From: Sulfurihydrogenibium sp.
Lineage (GTDB): Bacteria > Aquificota > Aquificia > Aquificales > Hydrogenothermaceae
Direction: 5' to 3'
DNA: 24,258 nt
Assembly: GCA_037442825.1 (NCBI GenBank)
Contig: JBBIPN010000014.1
Coordinates: 1 to 24,258 of the forward strand
In this document: positions 1-9,338 of the stretch, one piece after another
How positions within the stretch are numbered: position 1 is the stretch's first letter
Layout of the letters: every line of letters begins with the position of its first letter
Notes under the pieces: model-generated
Databases searched by the model: none
The model's input: only the letters and a program-made list of their open reading frames with translations
What the model was told of the DNA's origin: nothing
Translations under genes and position numbers: made by a program

Positions 1-350
1 GCTTAGGTCATCAATCTATAGGTCAAGCTTTTGGTGGAAATATAGTAAAAGCAAAATGCTTAATGCATGGAAAAACTTCAAAAATATTCCACAATCAAAA
101 AGGTCTTTTTGAAGGTATACCAAATCCGTTTAATGCTGTTAGATATCACTCATTAGTTATTGATGAAAGTAGTTTACCAGAAGATATAGAGATAAATGCC
201 CGTTCAGAAGATGGTGAAATAATGGCTATAGAACACAAAAAATATCCTATATGGGGTGTTCAGTTTCATCCAGAATCTATACTTACTGAGTATGGACACA
301 AACTTTTAGAAAATTTTTTAAATCTTGCAAAATCAAAGGTCAGACAGTAA
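1..350 (+). CDS. trpG: Anthranilate/aminodeoxychorismate synthase glutamine amidotransferase component II (5'-partial)
   Basis: Frame is open from the window edge: (C)LGHQSIGQAFGG...MHGKTS...RYHSL...GVQFHPES, the class I GATase Cys-His-Glu motifs. trpG and pabA cannot be distinguished. Confidence 0.9.
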   Translation, partial: LGHQSIGQAFGGNIVKAKCLMHGKTSKIFHNQKGLFEGIPNPFNAVRYHSLVIDESSLPEDIEINARSEDGEIMAIEHKKYPIWGVQFHPESILTEYGHKLLENFLNLAKSKVRQ

Positions 351-518
351 CTTTCCACCTTTTCCCCAGTTTTCTCTATCAACTTCATCAATTACAATAT
401 AAGTAGAACTTGGTGGTTTACCTGCTACCTCTTCTAATAATTTTGTTATTCCTTCAACAATCTTTTCTTTTTGTTCTTTTGTAAGTTTTCCTGCAACCTT
501 CACGTTTACATAAGGCAT
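333..518 (-). CDS. 4-oxalocrotonate tautomerase family protein (DmpI-like)
   Basis: 61 aa with catalytic Pro-1 after Met, the KEQKEKIVEGIT helix and the EVDRENWGKGG tail. GGAGG RBS lies in the end of the upstream gene. Confidence 0.9.
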   Translation of the reverse strand: MPYVNVKVAGKLTKEQKEKIVEGITKLLEEVAGKPPSSTYIVIDEVDRENWGKGGKLLSDL

Positions 519-520
519 AT

Positions 521-1873
521 TTAATCCTCCAAATTGTACTGTTTTATCTTTCTATACAAAGAAGATAAATCTATATCTAAAGCTTTAGCAACTTCTTTTA
601 AATTATTATTATATACTTCCAAAGCTTTTTTAATAACTTTCATCTCTACTTCTTCTTTTACATCTTTTAAAGGTTTTATTGTCAGTTTAATAGCGTCTTC
701 TTTTAATATTATATTTCCAAACATATTTGGTGGTAAATCTCTATTGTATACAACAGATTCACTGTTTAGTATAACAATCCTTTCCATTAAGTTTTTTAAC
801 TCTCTAACATTTCCAGGCCAAATGTAGTTTAAAAATGTTTTTTTAACTTCCTCAGATAAAATTGGTGGTTCTACTTTATTTTCTAAAGAAAACTTTTTTA
901 TAAAGAAATCAGCTAAAAGTAATATATCTTCACCCCTTTCTCTAAGTGGTGGGACAGTTATAGGTATTACAGACAATCTAAAAGCTAAATCTTGTCTAAA
1001 TTTACCACTTTCTACTTCTTTTTGTAAATCTTTGTTTGTTGCTGAAATAACCCTTAAATCTACTTTTATATTAGTATTACTTCCAAGTCTTGAAAACTCT
1101 TTTTCTTCAAGAACTCTAAGAAGTTTAGCCTGTGCTGAAAGACTCATATCAGCAACTTCATCTAAAAATAATGTTCCTTTATCTGCCAACTCTAACTTTC
1201 CTATTTTTCTTGTAAATGCATTTGTAAAAGCTCCTTTTTCATATCCAAAGAATTCAGACTCAAAAAGTTCATCAGGAATAGCAGCACAGTTTACATCAAC
1301 AAATGGATAATCTTTTCTATTGGAAAGATAATGTATAGATTTTGCTACAAGTTCTTTACCAGTCCCATTTTCTCCAAGTATTAAAACCCATGCATTTGTT
1401 TTTGCTACTTTTTCAATCTGTCTTTTTAACTCTTGTATTTTTGGACTGTTGCCAACTATCTCAATCTGAGACTCTTCCTTTCCTTTATAGTATTCTAAAC
1501 TTTGCTTTACTTTTATCTCTTTTTCTATCTTTTCAATAACAGCAAATATTGTATCTGTTGACAATGGTTTTTCTAAAAAATCAAATACTCCTTCCTTTAT
1601 TGCTTCAACTACAATAGGTATATTTGCATGTCCAGAAATCATTACAATAAATGTATCCTTTGAATGCTCTTTTATAAACTTTATAAGTTCTAAACCTTCA
1701 CCATCAGGTAACCAAACATCAATAAAAGCAATATCAAAAACTTCTTTTTTAATCAGCTCCTTTGCACCGACTAAACTTGAAGCTGTTAAAACGTTATAAC
1801 CTTCATCAGAAAGTATACCTTTTAAAAGACTTTGGATATTTTTTTCATCATCTACAACAAGTATATTAAGCAT
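521..1873 (-). CDS. Sigma54-dependent two-component response regulator (NtrX/NtrC family)
   Basis: Receiver domain (VVDDE, DVWLPD, ISGH, FLEKP), AAA+ domain (GENGTGKE, GAFTNA, FLDE, WPGNVRELKN) and a Fis-type HTH. Confidence 0.92.
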   Translation of the reverse strand: MLNILVVDDEKNIQSLLKGILSDEGYNVLTASSLVGAKELIKKEVFDIAFIDVWLPDGEGLELIKFIKEHSKDTFIVMISGHANIPIVVEAIKEGVFDFLEKPLSTDTIFAVIEKIEKEIKVKQSLEYYKGKEESQIEIVGNSPKIQELKRQIEKVAKTNAWVLILGENGTGKELVAKSIHYLSNRKDYPFVDVNCAAIPDELFESEFFGYEKGAFTNAFTRKIGKLELADKGTLFLDEVADMSLSAQAKLLRVLEEKEFSRLGSNTNIKVDLRVISATNKDLQKEVESGKFRQDLAFRLSVIPITVPPLRERGEDILLLADFFIKKFSLENKVEPPILSEEVKKTFLNYIWPGNVRELKNLMERIVILNSESVVYNRDLPPNMFGNIILKEDAIKLTIKPLKDVKEEVEMKVIKKALEVYNNNLKEVAKALDIDLSSLYRKIKQYNLED

Positions 1874-2945
1874 TTTTTACCTCAAATCTTAAAACTCTCT
1901 TTGATATTCCACACATTATCTCATATGGTATAGTTCCTACCATATCAGCAACTTCTTTAAAACTAATTTTTTCATTATTATCATATCCAAAAACAGTTAC
2001 ATAATCTCCAACTTTAACATCTTCAAAATCTGTTACATCTATTATTGTCATATCCATAGTAACGTTTCCAACAATTTTAGCTTTTTTTCCTTTATAAAGG
2101 ACATAACCTTTATTAGATAATAATCTTGGCATACCATCTGCATAACCAAATGCAACAACTGCTATCTTCATATCTCTATCTGCTATAAATGTCCCATTAT
2201 ATGATATGCTACTACCTTTTTTTATGTTTTTAACTGATATAATTTTAGCCTTAACAGTCATAATCTGTTTTAAATCAATTGGAAAATCTTCTGAAGGTTT
2301 TTCTCCATACATTGCAATACCAACTCTAACAGTATTACAAAAATCACATTTATAAACCAACCCTGTAGAGTTTTGTGTATGTATGTATTTAGGGTTTATA
2401 TTCAAATTATCTAAAATATATTTAAGCATTAAAATTTGGTTATTTGTTAGTTCCTTATTTGTATCAGCTGATGGAAAATGAGAAAGAACACCTTCAACAT
2501 TAAAATAATCTAGATGCTTTTTTATATTTTCTATATCTCCTTTACAAAAACCAAGTCTACCCATACCAGTATCAAATTTTATATGAATGTTATTATTTTT
2601 TAGAAACTTAGCATTTTCTATCTGCGTAAAATCGTAAACAACAGGTGTTAGATTATATAGATTGTAAATATCTACTTCCTCTTTAAATAATCCACCTAAA
2701 ACTAAAATTTTCTTATTTATACCTTCTTCCCTTAATTCCTTTCCCTCAATAGGTGTAGCTACACAAAAACCTTCTATAAAATCTAAATTTTCTATATTTT
2801 TTGACACAATTACACTACCATGACCATATGCATCTGCTTTTACTACAGCCCATATTTTCTTATTGGAAAGTTTATATATTTTTTGTAAGTTATCCTTTAA
2901 AAAATCAACATTAATTTCAGCAAAGCTTCTATATATTATTTTCAA
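1866..2945 (-). CDS. alr: Alanine racemase
   Basis: AVVKADAYGHG (PLP lysine), KFDTGMGRLG, GYADG and TIPYE motifs. Start moved to TTG at 2945, which follows GAAGGAGG; the longer ORF-track extension overlaps the divergent gene. Confidence 0.95.
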   Translation of the reverse strand: MKIIYRSFAEINVDFLKDNLQKIYKLSNKKIWAVVKADAYGHGSVIVSKNIENLDFIEGFCVATPIEGKELREEGINKKILVLGGLFKEEVDIYNLYNLTPVVYDFTQIENAKFLKNNNIHIKFDTGMGRLGFCKGDIENIKKHLDYFNVEGVLSHFPSADTNKELTNNQILMLKYILDNLNINPKYIHTQNSTGLVYKCDFCNTVRVGIAMYGEKPSEDFPIDLKQIMTVKAKIISVKNIKKGSSISYNGTFIADRDMKIAVVAFGYADGMPRLLSNKGYVLYKGKKAKIVGNVTMDMTIIDVTDFEDVKVGDYVTVFGYDNNEKISFKEVADMVGTIPYEIMCGISKRVLRFEVKNA

Positions 2946-3007
2946 TTTCCTCCTTCTTTTTATGTTATTATAGTTTAACAAAAATTTAATATGTATGCGA
3001 GGGTAGT

Positions 3008-4069
3008 ATGCCCGAAAAAAACCCTGCTGTAGTTGGATATGAAAAAGCAATTGACAAATTAAGTAATATAGATATAGGAGCAATTGTCTTTTTACTTTTT
3101 TTAGTAATAATAATCATTTTAGCAGTTTTAATATTAAATGTTTTATCTAAAAAACTAAAAGCAAAAGCACAATGGAATGAGTTTGTAAAATATGCAAAGG
3201 AAAGAGAACTAAATAACAAGATGATTCTAATTCTTTGGGAATATTCAAAAAAAATGGGAAGGGATCCATTTTTAGCTTTAGAATTTAAATCACCTTTTGA
3301 GAAAGTCATAGATCTTTATATAAAAGAAAATCTTGATTTTGATGAAAATTTAATAAAGGAAATGAGAGAGAAGCTCGGATTTGATTATTTACCTTCTTTT
3401 GTACCTATTACAACCACTAAAGATATAGACCTTTTTCAAGGTGGAATTATTAAAACTGAAGAAGGGAGAACTTACAGAGCTTCCTTGTATGATAAAGATG
3501 AATTATATATGTACTGGGTTATAACTGATAAAACATCTCCATCTATAAAACCAGTAGATAAAATAAAAGTTGTTTTTACAAGAAAATCAGATGCTTCTTA
3601 TATTGTTGAATCTACAGTTGAAGATGTTGTAAATCAAGGTGGAAACATAATATTAAAACTTTTACATACATTTGAAATTACAAGAATACAAAGAAGAGAG
3701 CATCCGAGAGTTGATATAGATATGGAGGCTATAGTAGGTAAAAAATATACTGAAAATAATCAAGAGATTACAAAATGGATTGTTGGAAAGATCTATGATA
3801 TTAGTGCTTCTGGAACAAAATTCTGCATAGATTCTGAAAATAAAGAAAGTATTAACTTAAAGATAAGCGATGAAGTTTTAATAACATTCTCTCTAAATGA
3901 AAAGGATTTTCAACTAAAAGGAGAAATTGCAAATATTTACGAAAAACAAAAAACAGTATGTTATGGTATTAAATTTATAGAAATAAAAGAATCTCAACAA
4001 AGATATATATTTGATTTTGTTAGAAAAGAGCAGCAAAAGTTGTTGAGTCTCTATAAAAAACAATCTTGA
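3008..4069 (+). CDS. Membrane-anchored PilZ-domain (YcgR/flagellar-brake-like) c-di-GMP receptor
   Basis: N-terminal hydrophobic helix, QRREHPR (RxxxR) and DISASG (DxSxxG) PilZ motifs, GAGGG RBS at 2999-3003. Confidence 0.85.
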   Translation: MPEKNPAVVGYEKAIDKLSNIDIGAIVFLLFLVIIIILAVLILNVLSKKLKAKAQWNEFVKYAKERELNNKMILILWEYSKKMGRDPFLALEFKSPFEKVIDLYIKENLDFDENLIKEMREKLGFDYLPSFVPITTTKDIDLFQGGIIKTEEGRTYRASLYDKDELYMYWVITDKTSPSIKPVDKIKVVFTRKSDASYIVESTVEDVVNQGGNIILKLLHTFEITRIQRREHPRVDIDMEAIVGKKYTENNQEITKWIVGKIYDISASGTKFCIDSENKESINLKISDEVLITFSLNEKDFQLKGEIANIYEKQKTVCYGIKFIEIKESQQRYIFDFVRKEQQKLLSLYKKQS

Positions 4070-4093
4070 AAAAAGTAGATATTTTTATATTAT
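4066..4093 (+). promoter_or_regulatory. Putative sigma70 promoter for the dksA-like gene and lspA
   Basis: TTGAAA (4066-4071), 16 bp, TATTAT (4088-4093); GGAGG RBS at 4110-4114. The AT-rich background limits confidence. Confidence 0.4.
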
Positions 4094-4123
4094 AAAGAGC
4101 TAAAACGTTGGAGGTTTTTTATT

Positions 4124-4555
4124 ATGGATTTAAACAAAATTAAAAAAGATTTATTAAAAAAGAGAGAACAGATATTAAAATCCTTAGATGAGTTTTCAAA
4201 AAGTGATATAAATGAAAAAACAGGTGTTGGTGATGATGCAGATAGTGTAACAGAAGAGTTAAGTAGAGAAACACAGTATAGATTAACTCAAGCTGATAGA
4301 GAAACGTTATTTTTAATAGATTTAGCATTAAAAAAAATAGAAAATGGTACATATGGCATATGTGAAGAATGTGGAGCACAGATAAATGAGAAAAGATTGA
4401 AAGCTATACCTTGGGTAAGGTTATGTATAGATTGTAGTCAAAATGAAGAAATTGTTAGAGCTTTCAAACAGAAAAATGAAGAAGAGATGCTTTACAACAT
4501 CATACCTCCAACATTAGGGGAAGAGGAAGAATCTAAGAATACACAGACAGAATAA
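4124..4555 (+). CDS. dksA: TraR/DksA family C4 zinc-finger transcription factor
   Basis: Coiled coil with a DDADSV tip, ALKKIENGTYGICEEC...RLKAIPWVRLCIDC. Confidence 0.88.
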   Translation: MDLNKIKKDLLKKREQILKSLDEFSKSDINEKTGVGDDADSVTEELSRETQYRLTQADRETLFLIDLALKKIENGTYGICEECGAQINEKRLKAIPWVRLCIDCSQNEEIVRAFKQKNEEEMLYNIIPPTLGEEEESKNTQTE

Positions 4556-5046
4556 TGAAGAATAAAATAAATATATTTTTTTTCATAGCGGTTTTAATAA
4601 TATTTTTAGACCTTTTGACTAAAAGTATAGCTGAAAATAATCTTAACAACCTTATTATAGAGGTAATACCTGGATTTTTTAATCTTGTTTTAGTATGGAA
4701 TAAAGGAGCTGCTTTTGGCATTATTGCTAATGCTCCAGATATTATTAGGAAGATTATACTTATAGGTTCTTCTACTATTGCAGCTGTTATAACAACTGTA
4801 TATGTTATGAAATCAAAAGAAAAATTATCAATGTTTGAAGTTGTCAGTTTATCTCTTATAGCAGGTGGATCTGTTGGAAATCTATATGATAGATTTTTTA
4901 TTGGTGCAGTTAGAGATTTTTTAGATTTTTATATAGGTCAACATCACTGGCCAGCTTTTAACATTGCTGATGCTTCTATATCTATTGGTATCTTCTTATT
5001 TATTTTTTATGAAATATTTTTAAAAAAAGAAGCATTTAGAAAATAA
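4555..5046 (+). CDS. lspA: Lipoprotein signal peptidase II
   Basis: DLLTK, NKGAAFG, GNLYDR, VRDFLD and AFNIAD motifs; hydrophobic. Confidence 0.96.
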   Translation: MKNKINIFFFIAVLIIFLDLLTKSIAENNLNNLIIEVIPGFFNLVLVWNKGAAFGIIANAPDIIRKIILIGSSTIAAVITTVYVMKSKEKLSMFEVVSLSLIAGGSVGNLYDRFFIGAVRDFLDFYIGQHHWPAFNIADASISIGIFLFIFYEIFLKKEAFRK

Positions 5047-5089
5047 AGGGTTATAATATATTCTAAGAACTTTTTGGAGGAAATATAGA

Positions 5090-7879
5090 TTGATAGGTTA
5101 TTTAGTAAAAAAAATATTTGGGACTAAAAACGATAGAGAAATAAAAAAGTTAAGGGAAATTGTAAATAAAATAAACAAATTAGAACCTCAACTTGATGAA
5201 CTTACAAATAAACAGCTTATGGAAGAAAGTTTAAAACTAAAGGAAAAAATTCAATCAAATTCACATATTTCTGAAGCCATAACACAAGGAGAGATAATAG
5301 AAGAATTACCAGTTGCTTTTGCTATAGTAAGGGAAGCAGCAAAAAGAACGATTGGTCTTAGACCTTTTGATGTACAGTTGATAGGTGCTTTAGCTTTACA
5401 TAAAGGTATGATTGCAGAGATGAAAACAGGTGAAGGTAAAACGTTAGTTGCTGCAATTGCTATATACTTAAATGCATTAACAGGTAAAGGGGCACATCTT
5501 GTTACAGTAAACGATTATTTAGCAAAAAGAGATGCTGTTTTAATGGGTAGTATATATAAATTCTTAGGTTTATCAGTTGGTGTTATAAATACAAACAGTA
5601 TATCATACCTAATAGACTGGACTGATGAAGAAAAGTTTAAAAAAGCTGTAGAACTTGATAAAAGAGTTTGGGAAAAAGGATATGTCGGTGAACTTTTACC
5701 ACCTGAAAAATACGATGTTGAAGCAAAAAAGGACTTCTTTACAGTTGCTGTAGAATCTGATAGAAGATCTGCCTATGAGTCAGATATTACATATGGTACA
5801 AATAACGAGTTTGGTTTTGATTATCTAAGGGATAACATGGTATTCTCAAAAGATCAAATGGTTCAAGTAAAAGGTCATCATTTTGCAATTATAGACGAAG
5901 TAGACTCTATACTTATAGATGAAGCAAGAACACCACTTATTATTTCTGGTCCATCTGGAGAAGATGTATCTATATACTACTCAACAGATGCATTTGTAAA
6001 AACCCTTACGAAAGATGAAGATTTTACTGTTGATGAAAAAAATAGAAATGCAGTTTTAACAGAAAAAGGTGTAGAAAAAGCTGAAAAATACTTTGGAATA
6101 GAAAATCTTTATGACCCAAGGAATGTAGATATACTACATGCTATAAACCAATCTTTAAGAGCCAACTATCTCTATCATAGAGATAGGGATTATGTTGTTA
6201 AAGACGGGGAGATTGTTATTGTAGATGAATTTACAGGAAGATTAATGCCTGGTAGAAGATGGTCAGATGGATTACATCAGGCAATAGAGGCGAAAGAAGG
6301 GTTAAAAATACAAAGTGAAAACCAAACATTAGCTTCAATAACATTCCAAAACTACTTTAGAATGTATAAAAAATTAGCAGGTATGACAGGAACAGCAGAA
6401 ACAGAAGCATTAGAATTTAAAGAAATATACAACCTTGATGTACTTGTTATACCTACAAATAAACCAGTAAAAAGAATAGACTATCCTGATTTAGTCTATA
6501 AAACAAAAAAAGAAAAGTTTAACCAAGTTATTGAAGAGATAGAAAGGTTACATAAAGAAGGTAGACCTATTTTAGTAGGTACAGTTTCAGTTGAGACATC
6601 AGAATACTTATCAGGATTACTAAAGAAAAAAGGAATTTCTCATAATGTATTAAATGCAAAAAATCACGAGAAAGAAGCAGAAATTATAGCCCAAGCTGGA
6701 AGAGTTGGAGCAGTAACGATATCAACAAATATGGCAGGAAGAGGAACAGACATACTTCTTGGTGGTAACCCAGATTTTTTAGCAAAAGAAATTTTAAAGA
6801 AAAAAGGATTAACACCAGAAACAGCTACAGAAGAACAGTATAGTCAAGCACTTAAAGAAGCTCAAAAGATAACATTAGAAGAGAAACAAAAAGTTATAGA
6901 ACTTGGTGGGCTTGCTGTAATTGGTACAGAGAGACATGAAAGTAGAAGAATAGATAACCAGTTGAGAGGTAGAGCTGGAAGACAAGGAGATCCTGGAAGT
7001 TCGAGATTTTTCTTATCTTTAGAAGATGATTTACTTAGGCTTTTTGGTGGTGATAAGTTAAAAGCTCTTATGGATAGATTAAAAATACCAGAAAATGAAC
7101 CAATAGAAAGTACTATGGTATCAAAAGCTATAGAAAATGCACAAAAAAGAGTAGAAGGTCAAAATTTCCAAATAAGAAAGAGACTTCTTGAATTTGATGA
7201 TGTTATGAATAAACAACGTCAAGTTATCTACTCTCTAAGAAGAGATATATTAGAGGGAATAAATCTAAAAGATGAAATCAAACTATGGCTTACAGATGTA
7301 CTTCTCTACTATTTAGACAAATATGCACCTGCAGAAGAGTATCAAGAAAAATGGGATTTAAAAGAACTAAGAAATTCAATGAAAGAGTGGTTAGGAATAG
7401 ATGTTGATATACAGCATAAAGAATGGGATAGGAAAGAACTTGAAGAGCATATTTTAAAACATTTGGAAGATTTTTATAATCAAAAGGAAGGAAAATTAGG
7501 CGAATCTTTAATGAGAGAATTTGAAAGGTATATAACATTACAAGTTTTAGATAACTTATGGAAAGAACACCTGCATAACTTAGATAGATTAAGAGAAAGT
7601 GTTTATTTAAGAGGTTATGCTCAAAGAGATCCACTTGTTGAATACAAAAAAGAATCTTTTGAACTTTTTGAAGGTATGATGTTTAAACTCAAATCAAACA
7701 CTTTAGAATATTTATACAAACTTCAAATTCAGTCTGAAGAAGTATTGGAAGAAGAGAAAGTAAAGAAAGAAAAAGAGTCTGAAAAGTTATTAAGAAAATC
7801 TTCTCAAAATATACAACCAGAAGAAAAAAAGAGGAAGGTTATAAAGTATAAAAATAGAATGGAGAGAAGGAAAAAGTAG
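5090..7879 (+). CDS. secA: Preprotein translocase ATPase SecA
   Basis: MKTGEGKT, DEVDSILIDEARTPLIISG, TNMAGRGTD and QLRGRAGRQGDPG motifs. TTG start after GGAGG (5076-5080); TATAAT at 5052-5057. Confidence 0.98.
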   Translation: MIGYLVKKIFGTKNDREIKKLREIVNKINKLEPQLDELTNKQLMEESLKLKEKIQSNSHISEAITQGEIIEELPVAFAIVREAAKRTIGLRPFDVQLIGALALHKGMIAEMKTGEGKTLVAAIAIYLNALTGKGAHLVTVNDYLAKRDAVLMGSIYKFLGLSVGVINTNSISYLIDWTDEEKFKKAVELDKRVWEKGYVGELLPPEKYDVEAKKDFFTVAVESDRRSAYESDITYGTNNEFGFDYLRDNMVFSKDQMVQVKGHHFAIIDEVDSILIDEARTPLIISGPSGEDVSIYYSTDAFVKTLTKDEDFTVDEKNRNAVLTEKGVEKAEKYFGIENLYDPRNVDILHAINQSLRANYLYHRDRDYVVKDGEIVIVDEFTGRLMPGRRWSDGLHQAIEAKEGLKIQSENQTLASITFQNYFRMYKKLAGMTGTAETEALEFKEIYNLDVLVIPTNKPVKRIDYPDLVYKTKKEKFNQVIEEIERLHKEGRPILVGTVSVETSEYLSGLLKKKGISHNVLNAKNHEKEAEIIAQAGRVGAVTISTNMAGRGTDILLGGNPDFLAKEILKKKGLTPETATEEQYSQALKEAQKITLEEKQKVIELGGLAVIGTERHESRRIDNQLRGRAGRQGDPGSSRFFLSLEDDLLRLFGGDKLKALMDRLKIPENEPIESTMVSKAIENAQKRVEGQNFQIRKRLLEFDDVMNKQRQVIYSLRRDILEGINLKDEIKLWLTDVLLYYLDKYAPAEEYQEKWDLKELRNSMKEWLGIDVDIQHKEWDRKELEEHILKHLEDFYNQKEGKLGESLMREFERYITLQVLDNLWKEHLHNLDRLRESVYLRGYAQRDPLVEYKKESFELFEGMMFKLKSNTLEYLYKLQIQSEEVLEEEKVKKEKESEKLLRKSSQNIQPEEKKRKVIKYKNRMERRKK

Positions 7880-8431
7880 TTATTCTCTCCATTTTATAGA
7901 ACAACCAAAAGAAGGTGGTTGATTTTCATCGATAGGTTTACCTTGTGCTAAGTTTGTTATAGCTTCTTTTAGATATTCTTTTTTTGTTTTTGTCTCATCC
8001 TGCCAGTTGTCATCTAATAAACCGTGATATACCAACCTTTTTTGATTATCAAAAAGATATATATCAGGTGTACACTGTGCTTTAAAAGACTTTGCCACTT
8101 CTTGTGTTTCATCTATTAAGTAAGGGAAAGGAATATTCCATTCTTTTATCTTTTCTACCATCTTTTCTGGTGCATCTTCTGGATAGTTTGGATGAATGTT
8201 TGGATTTATAGCTACTGTATTTATGCCAAGTTCTTTTGCATACTGGGATAATCTTATAACTCTTGGCCATACAGCTAAAGCATAAGGACAGTGATTACAC
8301 GTAAATATAACCAGTAAACCTTTTTCACCAAAAAGGTCGTCACTTTTATAAACTTTTCCAAAAGGATCTTTCAACTCAAAAGATGGAATCTCACTACCAA
8401 GTGGAATATCAACAGAGTACATTAAAGCCAT
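7880..8431 (-). CDS. Thioredoxin-fold AhpC/TSA (PRX-like) protein
   Basis: FTCNHCPY, AQCTPD and GCSIKW motifs. ATG at 8431 is 9 nt from GGAGG and is preferred over TTG at 8437. Confidence 0.88.
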   Translation of the reverse strand: MALMYSVDIPLGSEIPSFELKDPFGKVYKSDDLFGEKGLLVIFTCNHCPYALAVWPRVIRLSQYAKELGINTVAINPNIHPNYPEDAPEKMVEKIKEWNIPFPYLIDETQEVAKSFKAQCTPDIYLFDNQKRLVYHGLLDDNWQDETKTKKEYLKEAITNLAQGKPIDENQPPSFGCSIKWRE

Positions 8432-8433
8432 TT

Positions 8434-9123
8434 TCAAACACCTCCTTTAAAAAATTCTAAAAGCTCTTTCAACTTATTAATCTCTATCTGTCCAGGAGCA
8501 AAAGATTCCCCAATATAAGTATAGGTTATCAAACTACCAAATACAAACCCGGCAACTCTACTTATTTTCCCAATATCTCCCATAGCTATTGCAACAATAT
8601 TTTTATATCTATTTTTATGTGTGATATATAAAATCTTTGCTACATCTTCAAAACTGTTTGATTTAAAAGCATACTTTACTATATCTGCCCCTTGAGATTT
8701 AGCATTGTCTATTAGATTTTGAATAAAATCTTCAGAAGGTGTTTTTTCAAAATCATGATAGGACATAAGCAATATTTTATTATTATTTTTAACTAATTCT
8801 ACAACAGTTGGTTTTAAAGCTTCAGATGTATACTCTATATCTACAATATCAACATCTTTTACAATACTATTAAAAATCTTTAATCTATCTTCATCAGGTA
8901 TATCACTACCACCTTCTAGTTTAGACCTAACAGTTGCTAAAGCTTTAAAGTTATAATCTTTTACTTTTTTTACAATACTGTTTATGTGGTCTAAATTTTT
9001 ATTTTTAAACTGATCTATTCTTAATTCTATGATATCTATATTTTTTTCTTTAGCTTTTTGTAATGTGTTATCTATGTCAGTATCTGTAATAGGCAAAGCT
9101 ATCAATGGCATTTTTTCAAACAT
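8434..9123 (-). CDS. aroD: Type I 3-dehydroquinate dehydratase
   Basis: ELRID, TVRSKLEGG, SYHDFEKTP, Schiff-base Lys (VKYA), AMG..GKISR and APGQ motifs. Confidence 0.95.
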   Translation of the reverse strand: MFEKMPLIALPITDTDIDNTLQKAKEKNIDIIELRIDQFKNKNLDHINSIVKKVKDYNFKALATVRSKLEGGSDIPDEDRLKIFNSIVKDVDIVDIEYTSEALKPTVVELVKNNNKILLMSYHDFEKTPSEDFIQNLIDNAKSQGADIVKYAFKSNSFEDVAKILYITHKNRYKNIVAIAMGDIGKISRVAGFVFGSLITYTYIGESFAPGQIEINKLKELLEFFKGGV

Positions 9124-9295
9124 CTACCAGCCTCTATTTGTTTTTTTCTATAAAAATTTTATCATAGTGGGAATTATATATAGAAGTATCTTTAGAAATT
9201 TTTTGTTTGCAAAAGAAAAATTTTTTGCCATAATATTTTTGTAACTTGGCAATTAAATAATAAGCAGGAAAGGTTTTTTTGTTTATAAAAAAGAT

Positions 9296-9338
9296 TTGTC
9301 GTTGACATTAGATAGCACAAAAAACCCTGCAACGACAA
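9296..9338. repeat. Perfect 9-bp inverted repeat TTGTCGTTG / CAACGACAA with a 25-nt spacer
   Basis: Arms at 9296-9304 and 9330-9338, read directly from the sequence. Confidence 0.85.

Noticed and set aside
534..1539. Plus-strand ORFs 534-827, 1032-1310 and 1342-1539
   Set aside because: Antisense shadows of the NtrX-like gene, with no RBS or motifs.
2946..3309. 46-aa N-terminal extension of alr, and minus-strand ORF 2986-3309
   Set aside because: Both overlap the divergent PilZ gene; RBS and homology support the alr start at 2945.
8646..8664. Operator-like half-site TGTTTGATTT inside aroD
   Set aside because: Intragenic, and the left arm does not match at the 1-bp spacing; likely chance.
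9225..9262. TTGCCA/TGGCAA inverted pair as sigma54 promoters
   Set aside because: Neither orientation has the -12 GC at the required spacing.
9302..9330. Perfect TTGACA at 9302-9307
   Set aside because: No -10 element at the right spacing (CCCTGC); it is part of the inverted repeat.
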